Positions 52,281-64,000 of a stretch of 64,000 nucleotides of DNA are shown here, piece by piece. The notes beneath the pieces are model-generated. The model searched no databases. It was not told the origin of the DNA and saw only the letters and a program-made list of their open reading frames with translations. The stretch lies in the NCBI GenBank assembly GCA_963514005.1, contig OY740781.1, positions 178,312,001 to 178,376,000 of the forward strand. Direction: 5' to 3'. The stretch is from Raja brachyura (taxonomy: Eukaryota). The position numbers were made by a program, and so were the translations under genes. The first letter of the stretch is position 1; every line of letters begins with the position of its first letter.

Positions 52281-53189
52281 TGTCTGTCTCCTTGTGTGTC
52301 TTGTGTGGGGGGGTAAGGGGGAAACCGCTTTGGTCGCCTCCTCCACAGAGAGGCGACTTTTTCCATGTCACCGCCCCTGTGGCCTAACAGCAAGGATCGG
52401 GCGGCCTTTCCCAGAGACGTGCCGGGGCTCCAGCAGCGGGCGCAGCGCAGACTCTCGGCGCGGAGCGGGCGAGCCCTCGCCGGAGGGGAGCGCTCCATTT
52501 CGCTGGCCCACGGCAGCCGGCAGCCCGAGAGTCCGCGCTGCGCCCGTCGCTGAAGCTCCGGCACGTCTCCAGGAAAGGCCGCCCGATCCTCGCTGTTAGG
52601 CCACGGGGGCGGCGACATGGAAAAAGTCGCCTCTCCGTGGAGGAGGCGACCGAAGCGGTTTCCCCCTCGTGGGGGACCCGGGGGAAGAAGAGCTCCAACT
52701 GCCGGCCCGAGGCCTGCTTCTACCGCGGGGGTGGAGGGGACTTACTTACCATCAGGAGCGGGGTCCCTCGCCAGGGATCCCTGGAGAGGAGCTCCAGACC
52801 GCCGGCCCTGCAGTGTGCGGTCCTTCTGGCTGCGGCGCGAACTTTAAATCTCTGACCGCCGGCCTGCGGCCTACACCAGCCTGAAGCCGCGGTCTCCGGT
52901 GGGGAGGCACCGATTCAGGACTTACCTGGACTTTTTACCTTGTCTGCATATCTGGACGCCCGCAGCGACGGCTGTGGAGGGTTGAGGTCCCGACCACGGG
53001 GGAAAATGGAGGAGGACTGGCCAATTTTTGTGCCTTCCACCACAGTGATGAATGGTGCGGTGGATGTTTGTGTTACATTTTTTATGTGTATTGTGTGTTC
53101 TTTATCATTGTACCGCTGCTGGCAAATTAATTTCACTTGCACTTTATGTGCAATGTGACAAATAAAACCGTATTGTATTGTATTGTATT
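52281..53189 (+). mobile_element. GC-rich non-autonomous retroposon with a long internal inverted repeat
   Basis: TSD gatcc (52276-52280 / 53190-53194); empty site at about 41740; AATAAA plus (GTATT)n tail; arms 52317-52458 and 52525-52666. Confidence 0.85.
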
Positions 53190-54029
53190 GATCCGTATAT
53201 TGATTGCTTGCTCAAACACCACACACAGTCAGTAGATGCACATTGAGAAGATGCTTTCATAAAATGGAGTCCTGTGTACTTCCTGTCAGACATTTGTCCT
53301 GTTGAAGCATGTTGCGTGAGGGTCATTGGCAGTGCCAGCCTTTATGTACCACTCGATTCATGGGTATCCTTTGGAATTTAGGATGGTGCTGTGGCACCTG
53401 TGCACTAGTTAGTGAATTCAACCCTCAACACAAGGAACAATCAACAATTAATATTCAGGAAGCTATTGAAGAGTAGCTGAAATTATTAAACTTACAAAAT
53501 CTCTTGTGATAAATAAAACGTTTAATGGAAAAATATCGCAACAGATATTCTGCAAAAATAAATTGCAAAATCCCAACTGCAGAAGAGAAGTGCAGAAGAT
53601 AGAGATGATTTGACAAATGTGGGCTGTGGCCACAGGATTAGGCTTGAACCACACGAGGCTGTGGTGAGTGGGTGGAGGGGCGAATGCAGGTCCATCTGGC
53701 GACGGAGATGGCTTGGAAATTCTCGCACTTCTCAATCACAAAATGGAAAAGCTTGAGGAATGCCTGGTTGTGAAGCCTGGGATACGTCTTCCTGGGAAAT
53801 GTGCCTTTCAAGGGATCGGCTGGCGGTTGATCAGACAATGCACCTGTTGCAAATACTGACTGCACAGTGATGGGCTCAGAGAGAGCATCACGGGGCTTGA
53901 CCAGGAGAAATGGCTGGCTGAAAAGATGGATTATTGTCTCAGACTGGGTGATCTCAGACTGAGTGCCTGCCTGATCTCAGAAGAATATAATCTTTCAGGA
54001 AATTAATAACAACCAACAGATCAGTGATA

Positions 54030-55610
54030 CCGTGTGGAAAAAGGACCTTTGGCCCAACTTCCTCACACTGGCCCTAGCTACACTAGTCCCGCCTGCCTGT
54101 GCTTGGTCCATATCCCTCCAAACCTGTCCTATCAATGTACCTGTCTAACTGTTTCTTAAACGTTGGGATAGTCCCAGCCTCAAATACCTCCTCTGGTGCC
54201 CAGAACTGAACACAATATTCCAAATGCGGCCTCACCAACGTCCTATACAACTGCAACATGACCTCCCAACTTCTATACTCAATACTCTGACGAATGAAGG
54301 ACAATGTGCCAGAAGCCTTTTTGACCATCTTATCTACCTGCGACTCGACCTTCAAGGAACTATGCACCTGCACTCATAGATCTCTCTGCTCTACTACACA
54401 GAGGCCTACTATTTATTGTGTTGGTCCTGCTCTTGTTAAACGTCCCAAAATGCAACACCTTACATTTCTCTGTATTAAATTCCATCAACCATTTCTCAAC
54501 CCACCTGGCCAATCGATCCAGATCCTACTGCAAACTTTCAGAACCATCTTCACTATCTCAAAACCACTAACTTTTGTATCATCAGCAAACTTGCTAATCT
54601 TGCCCTGTATGTTCTCATCCAAATCATTGATGTAGATGAAAACAGTAACAGGCCCAACACCGAACTCTGTGGCATACCACTAGTCACAGGCCTCCAGTCC
54701 GAGAAGCAACCTTCCACCATCATCCTCTGCTTCCTTCCATGAAGCCAATTTGCTATCCATTCAGTTATATCTCCTTGGATCCCATGCAATCTAACCTTCC
54801 AGAGCAGCCTACCATGCAGAACCTTGTCGAATGCCTTACAGAAATCCATGTTTACAACTTTCCCAGCTCAGCCCTCATCGACCTTTTTGATCACGTTTTT
54901 TAAAAAATCAATCCGATTTGTGAGACACGACCTCCCACATACAAAACCATGCTGACTATCCATAATCAGCCCTTGCCTGTCCAAATGCCTGTATAACCTG
55001 TCCCTCATAATACTCTCTAGTAACTTTCCAACTATAGATGCTAAACTCACCAGCCTATAGTTCCCAGCATTTTCCCTGCAGCCCTTCTTGAAAAGAGGCA
55101 CATCATTTGCCACCCTCTTGTCTTCTGGCACCTCTCCTGTATTTAAGGACGGCTCGTAAATTTCAACCAGGGTCCCCACAATTTCCTCTCCCACAATGTC
55201 CTCGGATATATCTAATCAGACCCTAGAGATTTGTTTACCTTCATTCACGATAGTTGGAGTGGGAGATTGCAATCTTCATGTGGTCTGCCCTGTTTCGACG
55301 AATGCAATCAACTTGGTGTGCACAATCGAATAAGATCAAATAGAACAAGTTGTCCTATAACTTTAGGCTGTGCACACCAATCACAAGAAGAAGATACACG
55401 ATACCTTCAGTACATCTTCGATCATAACACTTCCTGCTCTCAAGACATTTCCATTGACTGCCCCAAGTTCCTCCGCCCTACTGTCTTTCTCCTCGAAAAT
55501 ACAGGGGAGAAATACTCATTTAGGACCTTGCCCATCTCCTGTGGCTCCACACAGAGGTAACCACTTTGATTCCTGAAAGGTCCCACTCTCTCCCTAGTTA
55601 CCCTTTTCCC
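54030..55610 (-). mobile_element. CR1 LINE fragment with deletions
   Basis: RT motifs NYRLVSLAS, DFCKAFDKV and LYRTLVRPHLEYC. Confidence 0.9.
55253..55396 (+). mobile_element. Short retroposon 3' end with (AAG)n tail
   Basis: TSD cacgata (55246-55252 / 55397-55403); same sequence as 21491-21640. Confidence 0.75.
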
Positions 55611-56161
55611 CATTATCTATACTATTACTAAAACTCTCATCTTGACCACTTCAAGTCTGTGTTGTAATTACATTTGCGCAAAAACACTATCCTATATTGC
55701 TAGGATTTTTTTGCCACCATATTCACTGTTCTCCTCTGCTCCAAGCACACCAAGTTTTGTTCCGATCGGTGAAATAAAAGTTATGAAGGTTTACAAAATT
55801 GTGAGATCAGCAGATTGGTCTTCTCGCCTGTCATAAGGTCATGCCCCTTCTGTGGGTGAGGAGAATAAAGCCCTGAAGGGTGTGAGTGTGTGTGTGAGTC
55901 CGGAAGTCGCACTCAGTCCAGAGGTCACGCTCAGTCCAGAAATCGGACCTGAGTCCAGAGGTCAGACCTGAATCAAAGGCCGTGCTCTGTCCAAAAGTCG
56001 GGCATGAGTATAATCAAGAGAGTTTTACTGTTGTATGTCCCGGATGTGTGTGTGTGATGGAGGGTGTGTGTGTGAGAGATGGAGGGTATGTGTGTGAAAT
56101 GGAGGATGTGTGTGTGTGTGTGAGATGGAGGGTGTGTGTGTGTGAGATGGAGGGTGTTTAT

Positions 56162-56310
56162 NNNNNNNNNNNNNNNNNNNNNNNNNNNNNNNNNNNNNNN
56201 NNNNNNNNNNNNNNNNNNNNNNNNNNNNNNNNNNNNNNNNNNNNNNNNNNNNNNNNNNNNNNNNNNNNNNNNNNNNNNNNNNNNNNNNNNNNNNNNNNNN
56301 NNNNNNNNNN
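56162..56310. other. Assembly gap (149 N) inside a GT-rich minisatellite
   Basis: Run of N flanked by gagatggagggtgtgtgtgt repeats. Confidence 1.
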
Positions 56311-56428
56311 AGATGGAAGGTGTCTGTGTGTGAGATGGAGGGTGTGTGTGCGTAAGAGAGAGATGGAGGGTGTGTGTTTCAGATAGAGGGTGTGTGTGTA
56401 TGTGAGTGATGGCGGGTGTGTGTGTGAT

Positions 56429-56642
56429 GGAGTCCACCAGCCGTGAGTGAGTGAACTGTGAGTCCACCAGCCGTGAGTGACTGAACTGTGAGTCCACTAG
56501 CCGTGAGTGACTGAACTGTGAGTCCACCAGGTGTGAGTGACTCAACTGTGTGTCCACCAGCCGTGAGTGACTGGACTGTGAGTCCACCAGCCGTGAGTGA
56601 CTGGACTGTGTGTCCACCAGCCTTGAGTGACTGAACTGTGAG
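56429..56642 (+). repeat. 30-bp minisatellite, about 7 copies
   Basis: Unit gagtccaccagccgtgagtgactgaactgt. Confidence 0.95.
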
Positions 56643-56644
56643 GT

Positions 56645-57580
56645 ATTCAATACAAAGAACATTTACAAGGATGTTGCCAGGACAGGTGGGCCTGACCTAT
56701 GGGGAGAGGTTGGGCAGTCTAGAACTTTATTCCTTCGAGTATAGGAGGATGAAAGATCTTATTGAGGTGTATAAGATAATGAGGGAAATGGATAGGGTGG
56801 ATGCTCAGAATATTTTACCCAGAGTAGGAGAATCAAGAACCGGAGAACATAGATTTAAGTTGAGAGGGGAAAGATTTAATGTGAATCTGAGGGGCATTTT
56901 CACACGGAGGCAGGAGAGTTATATAAAATGAGCTGTCAGAGGAGGTAGTTGAGTTAAAAATTATAACAATGTTTAAAAGACATTTGGACTGGTGCATGGA
57001 TAGGAAAGATATAGAGAGATTTGGGCCAAATGCGGGCAGGTGGGACTATTGTAGATTGGTCGGCATGGGCAAGCCTGGCCAATGGGCCTGTTTCCGTGCT
57101 GTATTAATCTATGACTACAGTGCTGGATCTCATAGACCATTGGGGGAAGTACTGGCTGATGTTGTATCTCTGTCTTTGGAGGGTAGCAATGACAAGCCAG
57201 GGAACTATAGACAGGTGAGCTTGACATTAGTGGTGGATAAGGTACTGGAGAGGATTCTGAACGACAGAATCTACCATCCTTTGGATAGGCAAGGACCGAT
57301 TTGAAATAGTTTGAATGGCTTTGTGTATGAGAATTCATGTCTTACAAACCTTTAAGAGTTTTTTGATGACGTAACCAAGACGATTGATGAGAGCAGGGTT
57401 GTGAACTTTGTCTATGTGGACTTTCAGATGGTATGTACAATTGTGATATGTAAAAGACATTTAGATAGATACATGGATAGGAAAGGTTTAGAGGGATGTG
57501 GGGCAGCTTAGTTCACAAAACCAGTTGGCATAGACAAGTTGGGCTGAAGAGCCCATTATTGTGCAGTATGAATTTCTAAC
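56645..57580 (+). mobile_element. CR1 LINE fragments
   Basis: IQRTFTRMLPG.. and KPGNYRQVSLT motifs. Confidence 0.8.
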
Positions 57581-58890
57581 TCCTTGATTCTACTTCACAC
57601 GTTTTGGCCTTCTCTAAACTTTGTTTCTGGTTCAACTATTTCCTGGCTAAGTAATGGTAATCTACTTGTAAACACACTATCTGATCAATCTGAATAATTT
57701 TTCACAATTTTCATATCTACTGATCTTGATAAGTAAGATATGGTCAGTATTGTAACCTAATCTTGATACCAGCAATAATATTTTATAAATTGTCCACTTT
57801 AACCTCATGATGTCTTTTCACTCTAAACATTTGGTTCAATTACAGTTTGTTTCCGCCCATCGTTACCCTCTTTCTATTGTGTTTGTTTACCTTCCACTGA
57901 CTATTACCATATTGAGTTCAATGATGAGAAGCTGGTTTGTAGCTATCCTTGTGAAACCTCTGAGCTGGTATCCTACTAGCAGATGTGGTGAGAGTGTTGT
58001 TTCCAACAGTTGAAAGACCATGAGCAGTGTGGGCTGCAATTGGTACTGCTGCTGAGTGGATCCACCACTAATGGGAGGTCATGTTGGAGTTGTATAGACG
58101 TTGGTGAGACCGCATTTGGAATATTGTGTTCAGTTCTGGACACCATGTTTTGGAAAGAAATTGTCAAACTTGAAAGGGTTCAGAAAAGATTTACGAGGAT
58201 GTTCCCAGGTCCAGAGGGTGTGAGCTATAGGGAGAGGTTGAGTAAGCTGTATCTCCATTCCTTGGAGCACAGGAGGATGAGGGGTGATCTTATGGAGGTG
58301 TATAAAATCACTAGACTAAGTGGGACCCATTGGGTCCCAGCATCACACGGGAGGACTGGTCCCCAAAAGGGGGGGGGGGGGGGGGGCTTTCTGGAGCGCT
58401 AGTATGGGTGTTGTGGGCTGAAGGGACTGGTTTCCAGAGACCTAGTATGGACATTGTGGGCCGAATGAATTCTTGGGATGGCAGCTCACTCACTCACGGC
58501 TGGTGGGCTGGCAGTTGACTCACGGCTATTCCTTGAAATTCCATTTCAAGCAGGGTGCAAGGCCACTAAAGACAGCGAGTCGTGACCTCTCCCTCCTCCA
58601 TCTTGCAGAGACTGAGCCACGCCCCCACTTCTGGGTTTTTTAGTCCCTCCCACCAGATGGGCGTGTGGCCTTCATGGCGTGATTGACAGGAGAGAGAATC
58701 TCAATCTTTTTTAAACACTAAAACTCTTTTATTTTTAATCGATGGGAAAAATCCTCGGCTCCTGATGAGCGGAGGGGGACTCTGAGTAAGATGGCCAAAA
58801 ATCACAGCCGTACCTGGTAGCGTTTTTTTTCTAAAATCAATATAAAACGCAAACAGGAAGTGGTCAAGATTAGACTTTTAATTATATAGA

Positions 58891-58998
58891 AGGCAAGGCA
58901 ACTTTAATTAGGCAAGGAAACCTTAATTAGACAAGGCAACTTTAATTAGGCAAAGCAACTTTAATTAGGCAAGGCACCTTTAATTAGGCAAGGCAACT
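58891..58998 (+). repeat. 19-bp minisatellite (resumes at 60537-60568)
   Basis: Unit aggcaaggcaactttaatt. Confidence 0.93.
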
Positions 58999-60503
58999 AA
59001 CATCTAATATCATGGAGTTATGGCGACAACATTATAGTACTTTATTCAACTGTGTCCAAGGTGATTTGTATAGGGTGGACAATATTGAGAGTAATGACTC
59101 AATGGTGATTATGTCACGGGCAGCCTAAATAATTACAGGCCCATAGCTTTAGCCAGCATATTGTCAAAAGATTTAGACAGAGTTCTCCTGAATAGAGTAA
59201 ACGAGTTTGTTAACTCCACAGATAACCAGTTTGGTTTTAAAGCTAAACGTGGTACTGACTTATGCATATATGTCCTAAAGGTGATTGTAAACAAATATTA
59301 AAAACTCTTCAATTCTTATGTGCTTTATTGATGCTTCCAAAGCCGTTGATCGTGTTAATCACAGAAAGCTGTTTGTTAAAATGAGTCAAAGAGGGGTGCC
59401 GAAATACATTGTGAGAATTCTGGCTTACTGGTATGCCCACTAGACTATGCAAATAAAATGAGGCAATAGGGTCTCAGCCCCATTTAGGGTTAGCAATGGT
59501 GTTAGACACGGGGGAATTTTGTCCCCAGTCCTTTTTAATCTTTATATTGATGATCTGTCCAAACAATTGATAGCCTGTAATACTGGGTGCATGATTGGTA
59601 CTATTTTAGTGAACCATATTATGTATGCAGATGATCTTGTGGTCCTTAGTCCATCTAGCACTGGTCTACAGCAGCTCCTTACTATATGTTCTGTGTATGA
59701 TGTGGAACATGATATTAAATATAATGCTTGTAAGAGTGCTGTTATGATCTGTAGAACCAAAGAGGATTAATGTCTAACATTTCCTGATTTTAAATTGTTT
59801 GACAATAATCTTAGTGTCTGTAATAAGATAAAATATCTTGGGGATTGTATTACAGAACAAATGACAGATGATGAGGATATTTATAGGCAACGACGTATGC
59901 TGTATGTACAGGCAAATATTATCTTGCGTAAGTTCGGTGCGTGTACAGATGTGGTGAAAATGTCGCTGTTTAGAGCATATTGCACACCACTCTATACTGC
60001 GCATCTGTGGTCGAACTATGGAAAGACAAGTTTGCAGAGACTAAAGGTGTCATATAATGATGCCAGGAGAACACTGCTAAGGAAACCTAGATGGTGTAGT
60101 GCTAGTAACATGTTTGTGGCTGCAGGAGTCAGTACTTTAGAAACTATCCTAAGAAATCATATGTATAAATTCATTTGCAAGATAAATGACTCTAAAAATG
60201 TAATTATTGTGGCCTGGTCAAACATAAGGTTTAGCACTACACGCCATGAATCCCAGTTGTGGAGACACTGGTATCGTTGTCTCGTTGGAGGACATTGATC
60301 ATTCTTTTTATTCTGGATTTTAATTCATGCATTGTGGATTTTTTAAATATATAATTTAATATATAATATATAATTTATGATGCTTTTATAAGTGATATAC
60401 TAAGATTTTATATGTACTTTCTGATGTTTTTTAATATGCAATGTATTTTTATGTAATGTTGTCCCTTGTCTGGACCATGAGTCTGAAATAAAGTTTATTA
60501 TTA

Positions 60504-60536
<33 letters not shown>
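58999..60536 (+). mobile_element. RTE-X-like LINE, 5'-truncated, nested in the Helitron minisatellite
   Basis: NYRPIALAS, QFGFK, ILSPVLFNLYIDDL, YADDL, DIYRQRRMLYVQAN; (TAT)n tail. Confidence 0.8.
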
Positions 60537-60563
60537 CTTTAATTAGGCAAGGCAACTTTAATT

Positions 60564-60961
60564 AGGCAACACAGCTTTAGCATTTCCAAACCAAAGGCAA
60601 CACAGCTTCAGCATTTCCAAACCAAAGGCAACACAGCTTTAGCATTTCCAAACCAAAGGCAACACAGCTTCAGCATTTCCAAACCAAAGGCAACACAGCT
60701 TTAGCATTTCCAAACCAAAGGCAACACAGCTTCAGCATTTCCAAACCAAAGGCAACACAGCTTTAGCATTTCCAAACCAAAGGCAACACAGCTTCAGCAT
60801 TTCCAAACCAAAGGCAACACAGCTTTAACATTTCCAAACCAAAGGCAACACAGCTTTAGCAATTCCAAACCAAAGGCAACACAGCTTTAACATTTCCAAA
60901 CCAAAGGCAACACAGCTTCAGCATTTCAAAACCAAAGGCAACACAGCTTTGCATTTACAAA
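60564..60961 (+). repeat. 31-bp minisatellite, about 13 copies
   Basis: Unit aggcaacacagctt(t/c)agcatttccaaaccaa. Confidence 0.96.
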
Positions 60962-61525
60962 CTATGTTTTCAAACCACATTAAGGGCACTGACAGGTCAG
61001 TAAAACCACTCATAGTTTAGTAGACATGTGTTCAGTGCTATTCACAGCTCAGACTGAGAGATGTGACCCTCTCGCTCCCCCATCTTGCAGAGACTGACTG
61101 AGGCACTCAACAGTTCTGGGTTTTATAGTCCCTCCGGAAGGGGCCTTCAGGAGAGAGAATCTCAACATTTGTTAAACACTCTTTTATTTTTCATCGATGG
61201 GAAAAATCCTCTTGTCCTGCGCAGCGGTGGGGGACTCTGAATAAGATGGCCAAAAATCACAACTGTAAGTGGCAGCATTTTTTCTAAAATCAATATAAAG
61301 AACAACAAGAAGTGGTCAAGATCAGACTTTTAGTAATATAGTTGAGAAGAATATATCGGGTAGATGCACATAGTCTCGTTAGTCCAGAATTGGGGAATTG
61401 AGAACCAGAGGACATAGGTTCAAGATGAAGGGGAAAAGATTCAATAGGAATCTGAGGGGTAAGTTTTTCACACAAAGGGTGGTGGGTGTATGGAACAAGC
61501 TGCCAGAGGAGGTAGTTGAGGCTAC

Positions 61526-62890
61526 AAAGTTTTTAAATTTATTTTTATTTTTATATATATATTTTATTGGAAGCAATTGTACACAAAAAAATGACTTGAG
61601 AGTTCCCCAACTCTAGCACAGCTTCAATTTTTAACATTTTACAAACAGAACATTAAGTTGAAAAGAGAAGAGGAGAGAAGAGAAAGAGAAAAATGAAAAG
61701 ATGAAGAAAAAAGAGGAGATATGTCCGTTGACCCACCCATGTGCCCGCTCACCCAGCCCTAGGATCAATTTTGAATTTATGTTCAACCATTGTATTGCTG
61801 AAAAAAATCAATAAAAGAACATATTTTTTTAATTGTTCCGGTTTGTCATTCAAGATAAATCTAATTATTTCTAGATGTAGTGTATCCGTCATTTCAGTAA
61901 TGTACATATTCACTGAACTTTTTCCAGAATTTAAGTATGTTTTTTTGCTGATATTAAACTGTAATCGAGAAAGCGTCTTTGAGAAACCGTTAGGTTGCTA
62001 CATGCCTCTGATATTCCCAGTATTTTCAATTTTGGGTCTGGCTCTAATGGAGTTTTCAGTATTTTGGAGATGACGCTGAATACCTCAGTCCAAAACGTTC
62101 TATTTTGTACACAGTACAAAACTGTGGGTTAAGATGGCTTCTTGAGATTGACATTTATCGCAAAGAGCGGAAACACTGGGGAAAATCTTGGCCTTTGAAT
62201 AATATAGCCTGTGCAGCACTTTAAACTGTATCAGGCAGTGTCTGGCATTTTGGAGATTTGTTGACCCATCTCATCCTCCCATGAACGCCTATAAACCTCA
62301 GATGAAGGGGTGTCAATGTTTTGGAGGGCATTGTAAATGTGGGATATCAACTTCTCTGTATCTGCATGTCTATTCAAACACTCATCGAGTTTGTCTGGAC
62401 CTGCAGAGGTGCAGTCTTGCCTGTATGTTCTCACATAGTCCCTAACTTGGAGGTATCTGAAAAATTTATTAGTGTTCAGATCGTATTTCTCCAGCAATTC
62501 TTTAAAGGAGGAAAGAGTCCCCTACTGATATTGGTCTCCCACAGTATTGATTTCCTTATTCTTCCATAGAACGAAAACAGCATCTAGAGTAGAGGGTTTA
62601 AAAGAGGAATTGTTTGCAATAGGAAGGAGCGACATGTCTCTCAATTTGAGACTGAGCTTCAGCTGTTTCCAGATACGAATACTACTATGTATTATAGGGT
62701 TATGCTCATACATTGACTTATTCAGGGATATTGGAGACAGGACAATCGAGCCTATGAAGAAAGGCAAGCAATCTTCTCTTTCCATTTTTGTCAGTTTGCC
62801 TGTTGATGTTTTTATATTTGTTGCCCAATAGTAAAAGAGGAAATTGGGTAAGGCTAATCCTCCGTTCTCTTTAGATTTGCACAGGTGTTG
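61526..62890 (-). mobile_element. L1-clade LINE 3' fragment
   Basis: GGLALPNF, FFRYLQVRDY, FKVLHRL, CDKCQ motifs; A-rich tail near 61530-61570. Confidence 0.88.
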
Positions 62891-64000
62891 TTTGAAAAAT
62901 ATAAAAGTGGATAAGTCTCCAGGTGCTGACAGGATATTCCCTAGGACATTGAGGGAAGTTAGTGTAGAAATAGCAGGGGCTACGACAGAAATATTTCAAA
63001 TGTCATTAGAAACGGAAATAGTGCCAGAGGATTGGCGTACTGCGCATGTTGTTCCATTGTTTAAAAAGGGTTCAAAGAATAAATAGCAATTATAGACCTG
63101 TTAGTTTGACGTCAGTGGTGGGCAAATTAATGGAAAGGATACTTAGAGATAATATATATAAGCATCCGGATAAACAGGGTCTGATCAAGAACAGTCAACA
63201 TGGATTTGTGCCTGGAAGGTCATGTTTAACAAACCTTCTTGAATTTTTTGAAGAGGTTACTAGGGAAATTGATGAGGGTAAAGCAGTGGATGTTGTCTAT
63301 ATGGATTTCAGTAAGGCCTTTGACAAGGTTCCCCATGGAAGGTTGGTTAAGAAGGTTCAATCTTTGGGTGTTAATGGCGGAGTAGCAAGATGGATTCAAC
63401 AGTGGCTGAATGGAAGATGCTAGAGAGTAATGGTGGATGGCTGTTTGTCAGGTTGGAAGCCGGTGACCAGTGGGGTGCCTCAGGGATCTGTGTTGGGTCC
63501 ACTGTTGTTTGTCATGTACATCAATGATCTGGATGATGGGGTGGGAAATTGGATAAGTAAGTATGCAGATGATACTAAGATAGGTGGTGTTGTGGATAAT
63601 GAAGTAGATTTTCAAAGTCTACAGAGAGATTTGGGCCATTTGGAAGAGTGGGCTGAAAGATGGCAGATGGAGTTTAATCTTGGCAAGACAAATCAAAATG
63701 GGCGTACATGGTAAATGGTAGGGAATTGAGGAATGCTGTGGAACAGAGGGATCTAGGAATAACTGTGCATAGTTCCCTGAAGATGGAATCGCATGTAGAT
63801 AGGGTGGTAAAGAAAGCTTTTGGTGTGCTGGCCTTTATAAATCAGAGCATTGAATATAGGAGTAGGGAAGTAATGTTAAAATTGTACAAGGCATTGGTGA
63901 GACCAATTCTGGAGTATGGTGTACAATTTTGGTCACCTAATTCTAGGAAGGATGTCAACAAAATAGAGAGAGTACAGAGGAGATTTACTAGAATGTTGCC
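62891..64000 (+). mobile_element. CR1 LINE RT region, running off the right edge
   Basis: KSPGADRIFP, NYRPVSLTS, DFSKAFDKVPH, YADDTK. Confidence 0.95.

Larger units (their letters stand above)
55616..56642 (+). mobile_element. Helitron 5' part with minisatellites, 3'-truncated
   Basis: A|TCTATACTATTACTAAAACTCTCATCTTGACCACTTC matches the 5' ends at 58890 and 61342. Its 30-bp repeat motif also occurs in the Helitron at 58485-58527. Confidence 0.75.
58311..61342 (-). mobile_element. Composite non-autonomous Helitron with two 5' ends
   Basis: 3' GGGACCCAATGGGTCCC hairpin then CTAG; inserted at A|T without TSD; internal TC 5' end at 58890 and outer 5' end at 61342. Confidence 0.85.
57995..61525 (+). 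mobile_element. CR1 3' fragment split by the Helitron (57995-58310 plus 61343-61525)
   Basis: tataaaatca|tgagaag rejoins the CR1 consensus. Confidence 0.85.

Noticed and set aside
52154-52884. Cluster of overlapping GC-rich ORFs
   Set aside because: By-product of the GC-rich inverted repeat; the same peptides appear on both strands.
55973-56662. 229-aa ORF of SHSRLVDSQF repeats
   Set aside because: It is a translation of a minisatellite that crosses an N gap.
60564-60961. CRISPR-like array of 31-bp repeats (also the 30-bp array at 56429-56642)
   Set aside because: Units are head-to-tail with no unique spacers, there are no cas genes, the context is eukaryotic, and both arrays lie inside Helitrons.

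Overview
Eukaryotic, repeat-rich vertebrate DNA. The repeat families (CR1, Rex1/Babar, L1, RTE-X, Penelope, V-type SINEs, Helitrons, a Mag-type Ty3/gypsy) and the genes point to a cartilaginous fish, probably a skate or ray (inference). The ORF track misses the host genes because they are spliced. On the minus strand I read: (1) a four-exon immunoglobulin J chain gene (JCHAIN; coding exons 17009-16946, 13229-13109, 11676-11596, 9749-9653; 120 aa) that stops early and lacks the last disulfide hairpin; (2) a three-exon non-ELR CXC chemokine (37624-37561, 37089-36956, 36713-36617) with one extra G in exon 2 as assembled; (3) between them, a decayed relic of a second CXC chemokine (about 31200-30779). 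JCHAIN and the chemokine share strand, a 64-nt phase-1 signal-peptide exon and a C-x-C motif in a phase 1-to-2 second exon, so this is the JCHAIN-CXCL neighbourhood. The chemokine region lies in a roughly 16 kb tandem duplication whose second copy has lost the genes. The rest is nested transposons, including composite Helitrons with minisatellites and STPR repeats, Penelope tails with hammerhead-like motifs, a TRIM-like mini LTR element and a fold-back retroposon. There is one assembly gap (56162-56310). All calls are by eye; no database searches were run, and repeat boundaries are approximate unless a TSD or terminus is given.
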